A DNA stretch of 63,669 bases, counting the filler, from Pelomyxa schiedti (lineage: Eukaryota > Protista > Evosea), in NCBI GenBank assembly GCA_020536535.1. It is 5 parts of 5 records of this genome, joined end to end, with 100 filler letters (N's around TTAATTAATTAA, not from the genome) between each part and the next. Parts side by side here need not be neighbours in the genome. Positions count along the whole stretch, not along the records: positions 19,036 to 40,504 come from JAHLWZ010001072.1; positions 40,605 to 54,938 come from JAHLWZ010001171.1; 3 more parts are not named here. The stretch is one strand, 5' to 3'. How positions within the stretch are numbered: the stretch's first letter is position 1; each line of letters opens with the position of its first letter. This document shows positions 34,789-46,372 of this stretch, piece by piece. The position numbers and the translations under genes were made by a program. Below the pieces are notes generated by a model. It had not been told where the DNA came from. It did no database searches and saw only the letters and a list, made by a program, of their open reading frames with translations.

Positions 34789-37700
34789 ATGACGACGTCT
34801 CAAGGGGCAGCCGTTATCTACCAAGTTGCGTATTATCTCCCAACCGCAACATGCAGACACACCTGACCTGTCTCTGAAATTGTGTTTGCTAACACTTATC
34901 TCTATCTCTACGTTTGTATATGCTATGCACTACAGGTTTTCGTGAGGCAGTATGGACCAACTGGCACGTTTGATGATGTCATTGTCGACATGGACAGGAT
35001 ACGCGACGTTGCTGGGGATGGGGCGTACATTCACATTCTGCCGTGCCACCCAACCGGCCTTTTGTTCAGAAAAGGGTCGCTGGGGAGTCCTTATTCTATA
35101 AGGTCATACAAACAACTGGACCCTGCCATTGTTGGGGCAACAGTGAGGGCTAACACTAACACTGGCAGTACATTGCCTGCTTCAAGTGCTAGTTCTACTG
35201 TTTCTACTTCGGCTTCCGCTGCTGCCGTGACACCGGAAGTGAGTGGCTCTGTTTCTAGTGCGAAATGCACTACTTCTGCTGATGGCGTTGGGAAGTTCAG
35301 AGAGCTAGTTGAATGTGCCCATTCAAAGGGTCTGAAAATCATGATGGATGTGGTTTTCGCTCATACATCGAGAGATAGTGACGTTGTAGTGCATCACCCA
35401 GAATGGTTTTACCTGTCTGGGGGGATTCCTGCTCCACGTGTAGCAGAGTGGAGTGATGTTGCTTCTTTTGACTGGGAAGCTGGGGGAGAAGCTCTACGCG
35501 CTTATCTTATCGATGTCCTTATGGTCTGCTCCTTCTCCCATATTAAGTAATTTTACCTAACCAGTGCATGGGTTCTTGGAAATACTCTAGTATTGGGCAG
35601 ACATGGGGGTTGACGGATTTAGGTGTGACGTGGCGCCTGATATTCCCTTAGATTTTTGGGAGAGAGCTAGGAAGACAGTAGCAACAAAGACGCCAAACAT
35701 GGTTCTCTTTTTACTAGGTTGAATAGAGTCTAACCACCATAGCTGTGGCTCGGGGAAACATGGACTTTAGCTGGAGTCGAAAAGAAAAGAAGGAGAGATT
35801 GTCCTATGTATCCAGCAGATAGTGAGATGTGCAGGGCTTTTGATCTCCTGTATGATTACGATTTATACCAGCTCTGGCGTGCTTGTGTGGCAGGTGAAGC
35901 TCCGGTATGGCGATATTTTGAGGGAATACGGTTGCAATCAGCAACGCTGCCACCAGGGAAACATAAAATCCGGTTTGTTGAAACACATGACAAAGATCGC
36001 ATGGCTTCATTGGTAAAATCCAAAGACAAACTTCTTGCATGGACTGCATTTGCAGCCTTTCTACCCGGCCCCTTTTTAGTGTATGCTGGGCAAGAAAGTG
36101 CTGCCATAAAAAAGTTTGTGATGGCCAAGTTACGTTTGCATTTTTAACTTAACGCTTCCCAAAAAGACCATCACTTTTTGACAGAGACCCAGTTGTGTGG
36201 GGACAGTATTCTCTTCAACCCTTTATAAAGTCTTTGACAAACCTCAAACGCTCCTCTGCTCAAAGTGGTCTATTCACGATAGTTTCTGAAAGTGATCCAG
36301 TGATTGCCGTTTGGTCAAACTTGAGAATTGGAGGAACTTCCATTGTTGGTGTCTTCAACATTGACAACAGTCCTGCTGGTAAAAAAATCCATTTACCAGA
36401 TTGCATTCCGAATGGAAAACACCGCCAACTCCTATGCATGCCCAAGTCTTCCCCTGAGATAGTTCTAGTCACTAATGGAACAATGAACACTCCGCAATCT
36501 GCGGTTGTTTTTGAATGCCACATGGACTCACACCCATATTGGTTTCCTTCGCCTTACTTTGAGACAATTTCCAGGAGAAGCTGTTTGCGATCTCAACCAG
36601 AAGTACCACCACCAAGTACCTTTCTCTCAAACGAATCTCAAATTGCTCTGCCAATGAAAACCGGAGGGAATTCAGTACAACCAGGAAACTTTTGGTGGGA
36701 AAAAACTGTTATTTATGAAATCTACCCCAAGTCTTTTTGTGAGCACCATGAAGTTGCGTCATCTTCCCATGTTGGCTGTGGAAATATAAATGGTGGGACC
36801 TGGTAAGAATAGCCATTCTAAACTTACAACTCATAGGGATACGACACAAACTGAGTACATTGCATTCCCTTGGAATTGAAACTCTGTGGCTCTGTCCGGT
36901 CTTTGCATCTCCCTACTTAGATGGTGGTTATGACGTAAGTGACTACAAGAGCATCAATCCCCTTTTCGGGACCCTTGAAGATATGGAGAATCTGATTGCA
37001 GAACTTCACCAGTTAATTTACTTCCCAAACACTTATCTGTTGACCCTAATTCCCGTAGAAAAAAAATGAGACTGATCTTGGATTTGGTGTTGAATCATAC
37101 TTCTACAGAACACCAATGGTTCAAGGATAGTAGACTGAAGAGGAACGGACATGATGACTGGTACATTTGGAAAAAAGGTTTACCCAACAGGTACCCCTCG
37201 ATAACCCTATTTGGGATAACAAAAAATAACAAACAGGCCACCAAACAACTGGGTATCGGTTGCAGGCGGGCCTGCTTGGACATTTGACAAAGAACGGGGA
37301 GAGTGGTACATGCATACCTTTGCTACCTTTCAACCCGATCTGAACTATAGACATCCTGCCGTAGATTTCCTTTTTTCATATTATTCCCATTCATCTGTTA
37401 AGGTAAAAGAGGCTATAATAGAGCAAGTCTCGTTTTGGATTAAAAAAGGAGTTGATGGATTCCGCCTAGGTACTCACTCTTTTGCCCCCTTCTGACTGAC
37501 TTTTTTGCCCTAGATGCCTTGAAGCACATCTTTAAAGTACTATTCCTTTTTCCCACTTCAAAGAAGTAGTCTCACTCTCTTCTTAAGGATGCCTTTCTAC
37601 AAGATGAGCCAATTAACCCCGAGAATCCTCCAAATGGTCAACCGTTCTTATACAAGCACCTAAATCACCTTCACACTACGAATTTGCCAGAAGTAGAAGC

Positions 37701-39025
37701 TACAACCTTTCCATGGAACTGCTAACTCCTGTACAGGTGCATGAATTCCTTCAAACTTTGCGTCAACATGTTGGGGAAGAAATATGCTTAATGGGTGAAT
37801 GTTGGCAAGACTGGGACAGTGTGATTCCGTATTTCGGGCAGGCCACTCAAAGGGAGTGTCACCTCATGCTCCACTTTGGTCTGATTGGGATGAACAATAT
37901 CTCTGGGCAAAAGTTAATCCAACTAGTAGAAACCTCAGAGAAATACAAAGGTTTGTGTAAAAAACTGGGTTTCCTTGCATTGATGAAAATCAAAGATGTG
38001 ACACCAGTATGGGCAATTGGGAGTCATGATGTTGACCGTGCCTGGTCCAGATTTGGCCCCCAGAAGGCATCCCTGGCAACTTTGGTACTACTCACTCTGA
38101 GAGGAGTCCCCATCATTTACTATGGAGATGAGATTGGCCTCAAAAATTACCAACCCCCAACAAACTCCTCATCACCCGCGCTTCCTGATGCCCGCTATGC
38201 CTTCAGAACTCCAATGCAATTTGATACAAGCCCAAATTCTGGCTTCACCAAAGCACCGCGTCCGTGGATTCCACTCGGCCCTGATTGGAAAACCAGCAAT
38301 GTAGAGTCTCAAACTGGGAGAATGGACTCTACCCTAGAACTACATCGGGCTCTCATACAGCTTCGCAACACTCACCCCTGTTTACACATGGGACAGTGCA
38401 AGATTCTACCAACAGGTTATTCAGCTACTAACATCTTTCCCTTCGATACTGAAATGTACCAAACGAAAAAAAACTCACAGGAAAGGGAGGAAAAACAGTT
38501 GCATATTCTCGAATTCACGGAACAGACAAAATCACCGTTATCATCAATTCCAGTGCCTCGCCAACAACAGTGCCCCTCGCTCCTCTTCTATTCCCACAAT
38601 CACACTCCTCGGCATCCGCAACAACAACAGAACACGTCCCACAAGTGCATGTGCTGTTGTCATCCCGATGCGTACACCCCAAACCCATAACTCTGAACTC
38701 GCCATCCATCTCCCTGGGCCCATGGGAAGGCATCGTCCTCACCGCCGATTCCGCTGACGTTTCTAATGATTCTGCAGCACCCCAAACAGCAGTCACTACT
38801 AACAACACAAAAACCAAGCCCATAATCCACTCCAACACAGCTCCTCCGCCAACTAAGTCACACTCAACAACAACAGCTTCAACAACCACAACAACGTCAT
38901 CAAAGAAAGCAACTGCTAAAGAGGATAATGTACATGGTGAACCACCAAGTAGTGAGGGAGTGCCAAAACCTAGTGGTTTCACTATTGAGGAGCCACACAA
39001 GAGGAAGCACAAGAAAAAAACTTGA
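34789..39025 (+). CDS. Tandem double GH13 protein: alpha-amylase-like domain fused to oligo-1,6-glucosidase/alpha-glucosidase-like domain
   Basis: Domain 1: RKGSLGSPYSIRSY, GVDGFRCDVA, WLGE, FVETHD. Domain 2: WWEKTVIYEIYPKSF, WLCPVFASPYLDGGYDVSDY, DLVLNHTSTEHQWF, GVDGFRL/DA, MGECW, GSHD, LRGVPIIYYGDEIG, FRTPMQF. ORF 36195-36806 runs in frame from domain 1 into domain 2. Confidence 0.9.
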
Positions 39026-39061
39026 ACAAATGTGTTTGTTGTTCTTGCAAAAAAACTATTT

Positions 39062-39996
39062 TTACGAATCACCATCGCTGGATTCATCTTCACTGTTTTC
39101 GTCATTTCCTGGTCTTTTCTTCAGTGTTTTAACCAGAATTCCTGTGGGTAATGAGCAACCAGTGAATAGAATGTAAAATTAACTAGAACGTTCTAGTCTC
39201 TTCTCTAGCACAGATGTTGGAAAGGAGTCTGGGGAGGAAGAATGAACAAATTCAAATCCTTCGAACCTGGCATTAAACAGTTGTTAATAGGGCATTATTA
39301 TTATCATGAAATCTAAGGCTACCGGTCCACCACAGCACCGGACTTGAAGACAATTATACAGGGAAGAGTGTGAAGAGCTAATTTTGTTGTCAGAAAAGGT
39401 GCCTGAACGGCGTTTACCGCCAAACTGCATGGTTTATAAGGTTCGGAAGATACCAGACAAAACACACAATTTTGTTCCCGAATATTTTGTTGCTAGTTTC
39501 TGGTTGAAGAGGTCAGTCTTGGATGTGATTGTGAAAGGGTAATGTATTCAACCTTAAGGTGGGCATCCAATATTTTGCATCTATGAAAGTCTTCATGAAA
39601 GAAATGGGTTACGACACGTTCTAGTGTAGTCGAGACTGTAAAAGAAAATAAATCAACGCTAGGCACTCAACAAACATAGTGCAATTTAAAGGCTCTAGGT
39701 TGCCGATTAAGTGAGGAAAAATTGAGAGCAAAATGCACTAGGGAAAAAAAAGTCTACCATACGTTTGAGGAACTCCTTTTCATTGACGATAGAAAGTTCC
39801 CCGTAGGCGTATTCTCTGATCTGTTGGCTGTTTTTTTTTTTGTTTGTTTGTGTTTGTTTGGTTTCGTCAGGTACATTGCCAGGACCACCCATCGTATGTA
39901 AACACACTTAATGGTCAGTTCTCTCACTCTCTTCTCCTTGTAGGCACCCCAATCAAAGTCATCGTCAACAAAGTCGTCGTCACCCGCAGCACTCAT
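39062..39996 (-). CDS. Phosducin-like protein (PhLP3/TXNDC9 type, thioredoxin fold)
   Basis: Spliced: YKEKRVREL..YGELSIVNEKEFLK, RVVTHFFHEDFHRCKILDAHLK, VNAVQAPFLTTKLALHTLPCIIVFKSGAVVDR/FEGFE, LEKRL, acidic tail. Stop TAA 39062-39064. Confidence 0.85.
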
Positions 39997-40504
39997 CAAA
40001 AGAATCAATAACTCGATTTTATCCGAAGTGAGCCAGGTTGCTACACAAAAAATAGCCATAGACTATGCACTAGCGGCGGCGTTCAAACACGCGCAGGCTG
40101 AGAAGCCAAGGAGCCCGGGATAGCGCGACCAGTTCTACGGCCTGGAGCCCCTCGGCCGCGTGCTCCCAACACCGACATGTCCGCCTCACCTAGCAAGGAA
40201 ATCACAACGACGCGCCTGCACGTTCGGGGCGCTCACGCGGACCAGCTGTGCACGGGGAGGGGTGGCAGCTGGGAACCTTCCTGTTCACGTTCGAGGGCGA
40301 ACCGCAGACCCTGAAGCTGCTGTGCACAGTGGGTCGGGCAGCGGAATCCACCTCGGCGGCTGCGGGGCCCACCTGGGCACGGACCTCGTGGCGTTCTGCA
40401 AGGCCCGCACGTGCTCGCCGCAGGTGCACACCAAGATTGCCGAGGGATATGGCGAAGGTGTCGAGTTGTCGGACAAGATCCTGCCGGGGGGGGGGGGGGG
40501 GGGG

Positions 40505-40604
40505 NNNNNNNNNNNNNNNNNNNNNNNNNNNNNNNNNNNNNNNNNNNNTTAATTAATTAANNNNNNNNNNNNNNNNNNNNNNNNNNNNNNNNNNNNNNNN
40601 NNNN
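40505..40604. other. Artificial contig linker N44-TTAATTAATTAA-N44
   Basis: 12-mer at 40549-40560; preceded by a poly-G run. Confidence 0.97.
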
Positions 40605-42815
40605 GTATACGAAGATACACACCAAGAATGGAGAGGCATGACTGAACAACAATGAACACGAGGTCCCCCGCTGTTTCCGGCAATGCTGTTCCACACGACG
40701 TAAAGAGCGGAGATTCGGGAGAGTGTGTGGAAGAGTTAACGGAGTAAAGAGCGGCATTCCTCCTGCTGAGACAGTGTGCAATCGCTGACTCGCCGGCTTC
40801 AGAGCATAGCCTCCTTACCTCTTTTGTCTGTTGTTAGTGCCGCTCCCTCAAATTATGCAATAGGTATTCTCGTTGGAATTTATCAACAATCAACAATATC
40901 GCCGTTGATCATCTCTGCCACCAGCATTCCAAAGCCCCATAAATCCCCTGTTGTATGGTGTAATAAAAGGAAGAAGTGGACACAGGCCACACCCTCGATC
41001 GCGTAGTTGTTTGTGAACATCTGCGGTGCCAGGTGTACCATGGTTCCAGGAACAATGGTTTGTGGACAACTCTTCAGGGATTTCTGGTTCATTCCGCGGG
41101 ATACGCCTGTCAAAGATCAGAAAGAAACAGCCTTGCGATAACATACCAAAGTCACAAATTTTGGGGGTTCCATGCACATCAAAAAGAATGTTGTTGCTGC
41201 TCAAGTCATGGTGCATGATGTTTTGCCTGTTTGGTTTTATGTTTGTTTTACTGGGTGTACATCACACACCTGTGGAGGCTGTCCATTCCATTGGCAACAC
41301 CCAGTGAGATAGAGACCAATTGTTTGAAGTCAAGTCGTTGTTTCTTCAAAAGCTGTCTCAGACTGCAACACATGAGCTCGGAAACAATCAACAGTTTATC
41401 AGATATTGTTGTGCAGGTTCCAAGACACTTCACAATGTTTGGATTCCTCACAATCTGTGTTTGTTTTGGCAGTGGCACATAAAATGGTGGAAACTTTCAA
41501 AGGAAATACACACATTTTTTTTGCTCCTCAAGTTTGTTTGTGCATTCACAAATCATCACTGTACATAAGATTAAAAAAACGCGCTCCAAGCACTTCATAC
41601 TGGTTCTTAGTTGTTCAAACTCTTTGCACTGAATTTGGAAATCTGTCAGAAAGTGAAACAAAGGGAAGAAAAGGAAAAATACACACTACACTCAGTTTTC
41701 TTTTGAAGAGTTTCAAAAGTATGTGTTAATTTCAACAGGGCCTCCTGTTTTTCTTTGTACTCTTGAGCAACTTTGCCCTCAAGGTCTTGGACCTCTCCTT
41801 CCAAGATTCTTGCCTGTTTACAAATGAATGTTGTTTAGGAACACAAGAAGTTAAGACCCACCTTCAATTGAACATCACCATATCCAATGCTGCAACAGAG
41901 ACCTCTTCCACCACCACATTTTGTTTCTTGGAAAATGTTCTCTTTGAAAGTCCCAACAAGTGAGATTGTATTGGTTGAAGAAGGCCCACCACACAGGAAT
42001 GTGGCCATGCCCTCCCCACAAAAGCCATTCACTCTGAATTTTCCAGTGAATTCATTGCCATTTGGCCACCTCTTTGTTCCTGACACAATCTCACCCTTCT
42101 CCCAAACACCTGCGATTGAAGTACCATCACGTGCCCACGTTTTTGTGCCTGCCCCATGCTCCTTATCACCCACCCAATCTCCCTCGTATCTCGTCCCATC
42201 ATCCCAAATCCTGACACCTCTCCCATGGAACATGTCGTCTTTCCACCCACCAACATAACTCCCTCCACCCAATTTGGTATCACCAAGCAGAATCCTCCCA
42301 TAACCGCTCCTCTTGCCGTGATCAAACTGACCATGGTAGATGTCACCAGTGACAGGCGAGTGCCATGTGCCACACCCATGCCACTGGCCCCTGTCCCACT
42401 CCCCCTCATACACCGTATCCACACTTCTCGTTGTTTTGCCACTATGTTGGTGAGCAGTTGTTCCCATGGCATCTGCCACTCTCCTTTGCACACCCCAACC
42501 TTGCATCTGGTGAGCATCTGCTGTGTCATTCCATTCTCCATCCAATACATCGACGCCATTTTGGCTGTAGAATGTGCCCCTATTGAAGCGGGCGCCCCTC
42601 CACAGCCCCTCGCGGCAGCTGCCATCGGCGCCGCGGTACACGCCCCACCCGTCGTACTTGCCGTTGTGCCACTCGCCCTCGTAGGTATTGCCGCCAGGCC
42701 ACCTCATGAACCCTCTTCCGTGACTCACACCATCCTTCGTCTCACCATTGTAGCCTACAACGTCGTTTGCTGGCGTTGGTGGTGTTGGTGAACCACCGAA
42801 GAACCACGACCACAT
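40605..42815 (-). pseudogene. MORN repeats - coiled coil - partial TKL-like kinase (copy A), degenerate and truncated by the linker
   Basis: MORN (YEGEWHNGKYDGWG etc.), then NPNIVKCLG, HHDLSSNNILF..KICDF/G, HLAPQMF, DLWGFG. No Gly-loop/VAVK exon is seen, and in-frame TGA-TAA follows GDIVDC. Confidence 0.7.
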
Positions 42816-43289
42816 CTGTGGTCGTGGATGTGTTTGATTTGATTTCTGTGATGAAGAAAATCAGGATTGAACGCAAACTATGGTTCGCTGGATTTCACGG
42901 TGCCTGATTGTGTCAGGGTCCATGCCTCATGTGGCATGGACTGACTCCAGGGACCCCACGTGTGTGAGTGGTGTCCCTGACGGGGAGTGACGAACACGTT
43001 CGTAGCGAGTGTCATCACTTTCACAAAGGTTAGGTTAAAATGTTTTTTCTTCTCAAAAACTCATAAACACACAGAGGGAATGGAGCTCAAGGTCAGCCAG
43101 CAGCTCATGAACTTTGACACCGAGATAGCCGTGGATGATGATGACCACGATGGGAACGGCGGCAGAGGGAACGGCGGCAACGATGCTGTCTTCATCGTTG
43201 CTCAAACTTCGTAAGGAAGAGAAAACAAAAAAAAGGAGTTTTTGGCTTGGTTCTTTGCTCTTGTGGGATCAACAAGGGAAGTGATGCAC

Positions 43290-46269
43290 CTACGAAAAAA
43301 TTGATGCTAGTTTCTGCGCGAGTTCTGCCCTGGCTCTCCTGTCTGCTTCGGCTTGTGTAAAGACTTCAGGCCCCACACAAGCCCGGAGATGGAGGTTAGG
43401 TTCGGGTACTTGTGAAATACCCTCAAGTTGGACTGCAGGGATGAGGGAAGAGAGCCACTGTGAGATGCAATCATTCACTTGGTCATCTGTCACGTGCTCT
43501 GTGCCTGTGCTTGAATGTGATGCAACAACTGTGCTGCAACAAAACAACAACTTCACAATAACTGTGAATGGTGCCCGGTTCCTCTCTGACGTTTCACTGT
43601 CAATTAAATCAAAGGTTGGTGCTCGGGGGGGAACAAACACACCAAGGATGGAGAAGCACAGCTGTGCAATATTACACATGAAGTCCGCTGCTGTCTGTGG
43701 TGGTGGGGCATAAGGGTAGTGTGTGAGGTGCCTCACAGCTTCAAGGGAAGCCTTCCTTATGCTGAGGCAGTGTGCCACTGTTGTTTCCCCGATTTCCGCA
43801 CAAAGCCTGCTTACCTCTGAAGAGGTGAGTCAGCCAATTTGAAAACAAATTATTAGAAGAATGCCATTATTATCGGGAGGTAGAAGTACTCTCTTCTGCT
43901 TCTGAAGGAAAGTGCGTTGTTGAATGGGGGTGATTGTGTTAGAAACAATGCCACCATTTAACATCTCGGCCAGAAGAACACCAAAGCTCCACATGTCCCC
44001 TGTAGTTTTCTTTGTTAGTTTTCTTTAATGCCAGACATTTCAACCTTCAATTGAATAATGCGCTGTGAACATTTGTGGGGCCATGTAAGCCGGGGTTCCA
44101 GGAACCCTGGGCATCTCTTCTTTTGATCTTATTTGGCCTGTATTCTGGGACACACCTTGTTTTTGTTGGTGAATAGAATGGCTAGAAAAGAGAATAATAA
44201 TTGCCGCACCAAAGTCACAAATCTTAGGAATTCCATTGGAATCAAAAAGGATGTTGTTGCTGCTCAAGTCCCGGTGCATGTATTTTTGCCTGTTTTATTT
44301 TTTTTATCCAATACATTCCACTGTAGTGGCAGGTAAAAACCTGTGGAGGCTATCCATTCCCTTGGCAACATTGAGAGCAATGGCAGTGGCTTCATTGAAG
44401 CTCAGTCGTCTCTTTTTTGGTATTATGAGTTGTTGTGTGAATGAGGGTGAACAATTTCAACAACATGAGTCAGAAGTTTCCTGAGACTGCAGCACAACAG
44501 CTCAGACACAATTTGCAGGTGTCCAGAGCGTGTGGTGCAGGTTCCAATGCATTTCAAAATGTTGGGATGCCTCAGTCCACTCACAATCTGTGCAGTGTAG
44601 TTTTAGCTGGTGAAATACAGTGGTGGGAAGACAAACCTCTGCCTCAAGCATAAATCTGGAAATGTTGAACTCTGATGCAATCTCATCATGCATTGTTTTC
44701 ACAGCAACTTCTCGTCCTGAGGGAATGTGGACGCACTTTTCCACCATTCCATAGGACCCACGGCCAACAGAGGAAATACTTCTCAGTTCGGACTCTCTGA
44801 TTGTCAGAACTGGTGTGAGTGTCACCTTGATTTCTGTGGGTTTCTGTAAATTGATGTGTGTCCATCACCAGGAGGATGTGTGAACCTGGAAGAACATCAT
44901 CAGGGAGATGTGTCAAGGGAGTCCCCAGGGGTGAAAGTTTTTCATCCTTTACAGTTGAGGAGAAAGAGAGAACCTGCTGGCTTTCATCTAGTCCAAACCG
45001 CTTGTCGATCTCCATCTTCACAACCTTTTTTTGGACAGATAGAAGTACAAGAAAACGGGTGTGTAACCTTATCCAACGGGCACAAGGTACAAATTGGCTC
45101 CGGAAATTTGATGATGTGGCTGTCCAGTGTAATGACAACTTTCTTCATCACACAGTTGCACTTCCGATGATCTGGTATAAGTTTCATCCAAACCCCTCGT
45201 TGAACGTGGGCCAGGGTGTGTTCAAAGCCTTGATGTTTTTTAAAACTGTGTTTTCAACCAAAACAAAAGAGAAGCCACACTTTTAGTTTGTTGCCCAAGT
45301 TTCTGTTCTAGTTCGTTTATTTTGGCTTTCATTTTGGCCACCTTCAAAACTATTTGTTAAAAGAAGGAAGAGATTACTGGAACTCACCTCTGTTATCTGC
45401 GGTGAAGCACCACCCGGGGTATAGGAGATGCCCCCAATGCCGTGTTCTTTGAAAACACCATTTTCCAGGGTGCCTTTGAACAGGCGTGTCTCACTCTCTA
45501 AAACCAGAGTTCCTTCCCCGGCACAATCTTCTGTGAACGTTCCAGTGAACATGTCACCATTTGGCCATATCTTTATGCCCACCTTTGGCACCCCCATTTC
45601 CCACTCACCGGTGAAGAAAGTACCATCACGTGTCCGCGTTTTCATGCCACTTCCGTGCTCCCTCCCGCAGGACCAATCACCCTCGTATTTCGGGCCACCG
45701 TGCCACACCAGCACACCCTTCCCATGGAACATGTCGTCCTTCCAGCCCCCGGCGTAGCTCCCTCCGCCATGGCCGTTTTCATCATCACCAAACAGCATCC
45801 TACCATAGCCGCTCTTCTTGCCGTGGTCCCAATGGCCGTGGTAGATGTCACCCGAGCCATCCGGCGACTTCCACGTGCCAGTCCCGTGCCACTCGTGCCT
45901 GTGCCACTCCCCCTCATACACAGTGACCCCTTGGCCGCCGCCGCCGCCGGCGCTGTTTTTCCGCCGCTGCACGCCCCACCCCTGCAGCCTGCCTGCTTCC
46001 CACTCGCCCTCCCACTCGCCGCCGTCCCCGTCGTGGAACGTCCCCCTCTTGGCGCTGTTGCCCCTCCACAGGCCCTCGTACCACGACCCGCCGGGCCAGC
46101 GGCACACTCCCCACCCGTCCCTCATGTTGTCCCTCCACTCGCCGTCGTACATGCGGCCGTTGGGCCACTTTGTTGTGCCTCTGCCGTCGCGTTTGTTGTT
46201 TACGAGCCTGCCTGTGTATGTGCATGTGCCGCCATCGTCTTCGCCCTCTACCTCCGAAACGGCACTCAT
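43290..46269 (-). CDS. MORN repeats - coiled coil - ubiquitin-like - TKL-like kinase (copy B)
   Basis: MORN ORF 45283-46269; Ubl-like VVKMEIDKRFGLDESQQVLSF; kinase VGRGSYGMVEK..VAVK, HRDLSSNNILF, ICDF/G, GTPAYMAPQMF, DMWSFG; C-lobe insert and RNRAPFTVI; stop at 43290. Confidence 0.8.
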
Positions 46270-46372
46270 TCAGTGTGGTGACACCGTGTCGTTGGCCAAC
46301 GAACAACAAAAACGAATTACAGTAAATTTATTAAATAAATTTACGGTGTACATAACCGGAACACTGTACTTA

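Noticed and set aside
40487-40504. Poly-G run as a G-quadruplex or Gly tract
   Set aside because: It abuts the contig end; poly-G tails are a common sequencing artefact.
40177-40504. GC-rich gene start before the linker
   Set aside because: Coding-like pieces lie in different frames with no consistent splice solution or recognisable domain; too short to call.
40860-40890. In-frame TGA/TAA in kinase copy A as stop-codon reassignment or selenocysteine
   Set aside because: Other genes in the window end normally at TAA/TGA/TAG, and a frameshift explains the stops.
43078-43213. Short plus-strand ORF MELKVSQQLMNFDTEIAVDDDD...
   Set aside because: 44 codons, low complexity, no continuation; cannot be supported as a gene.
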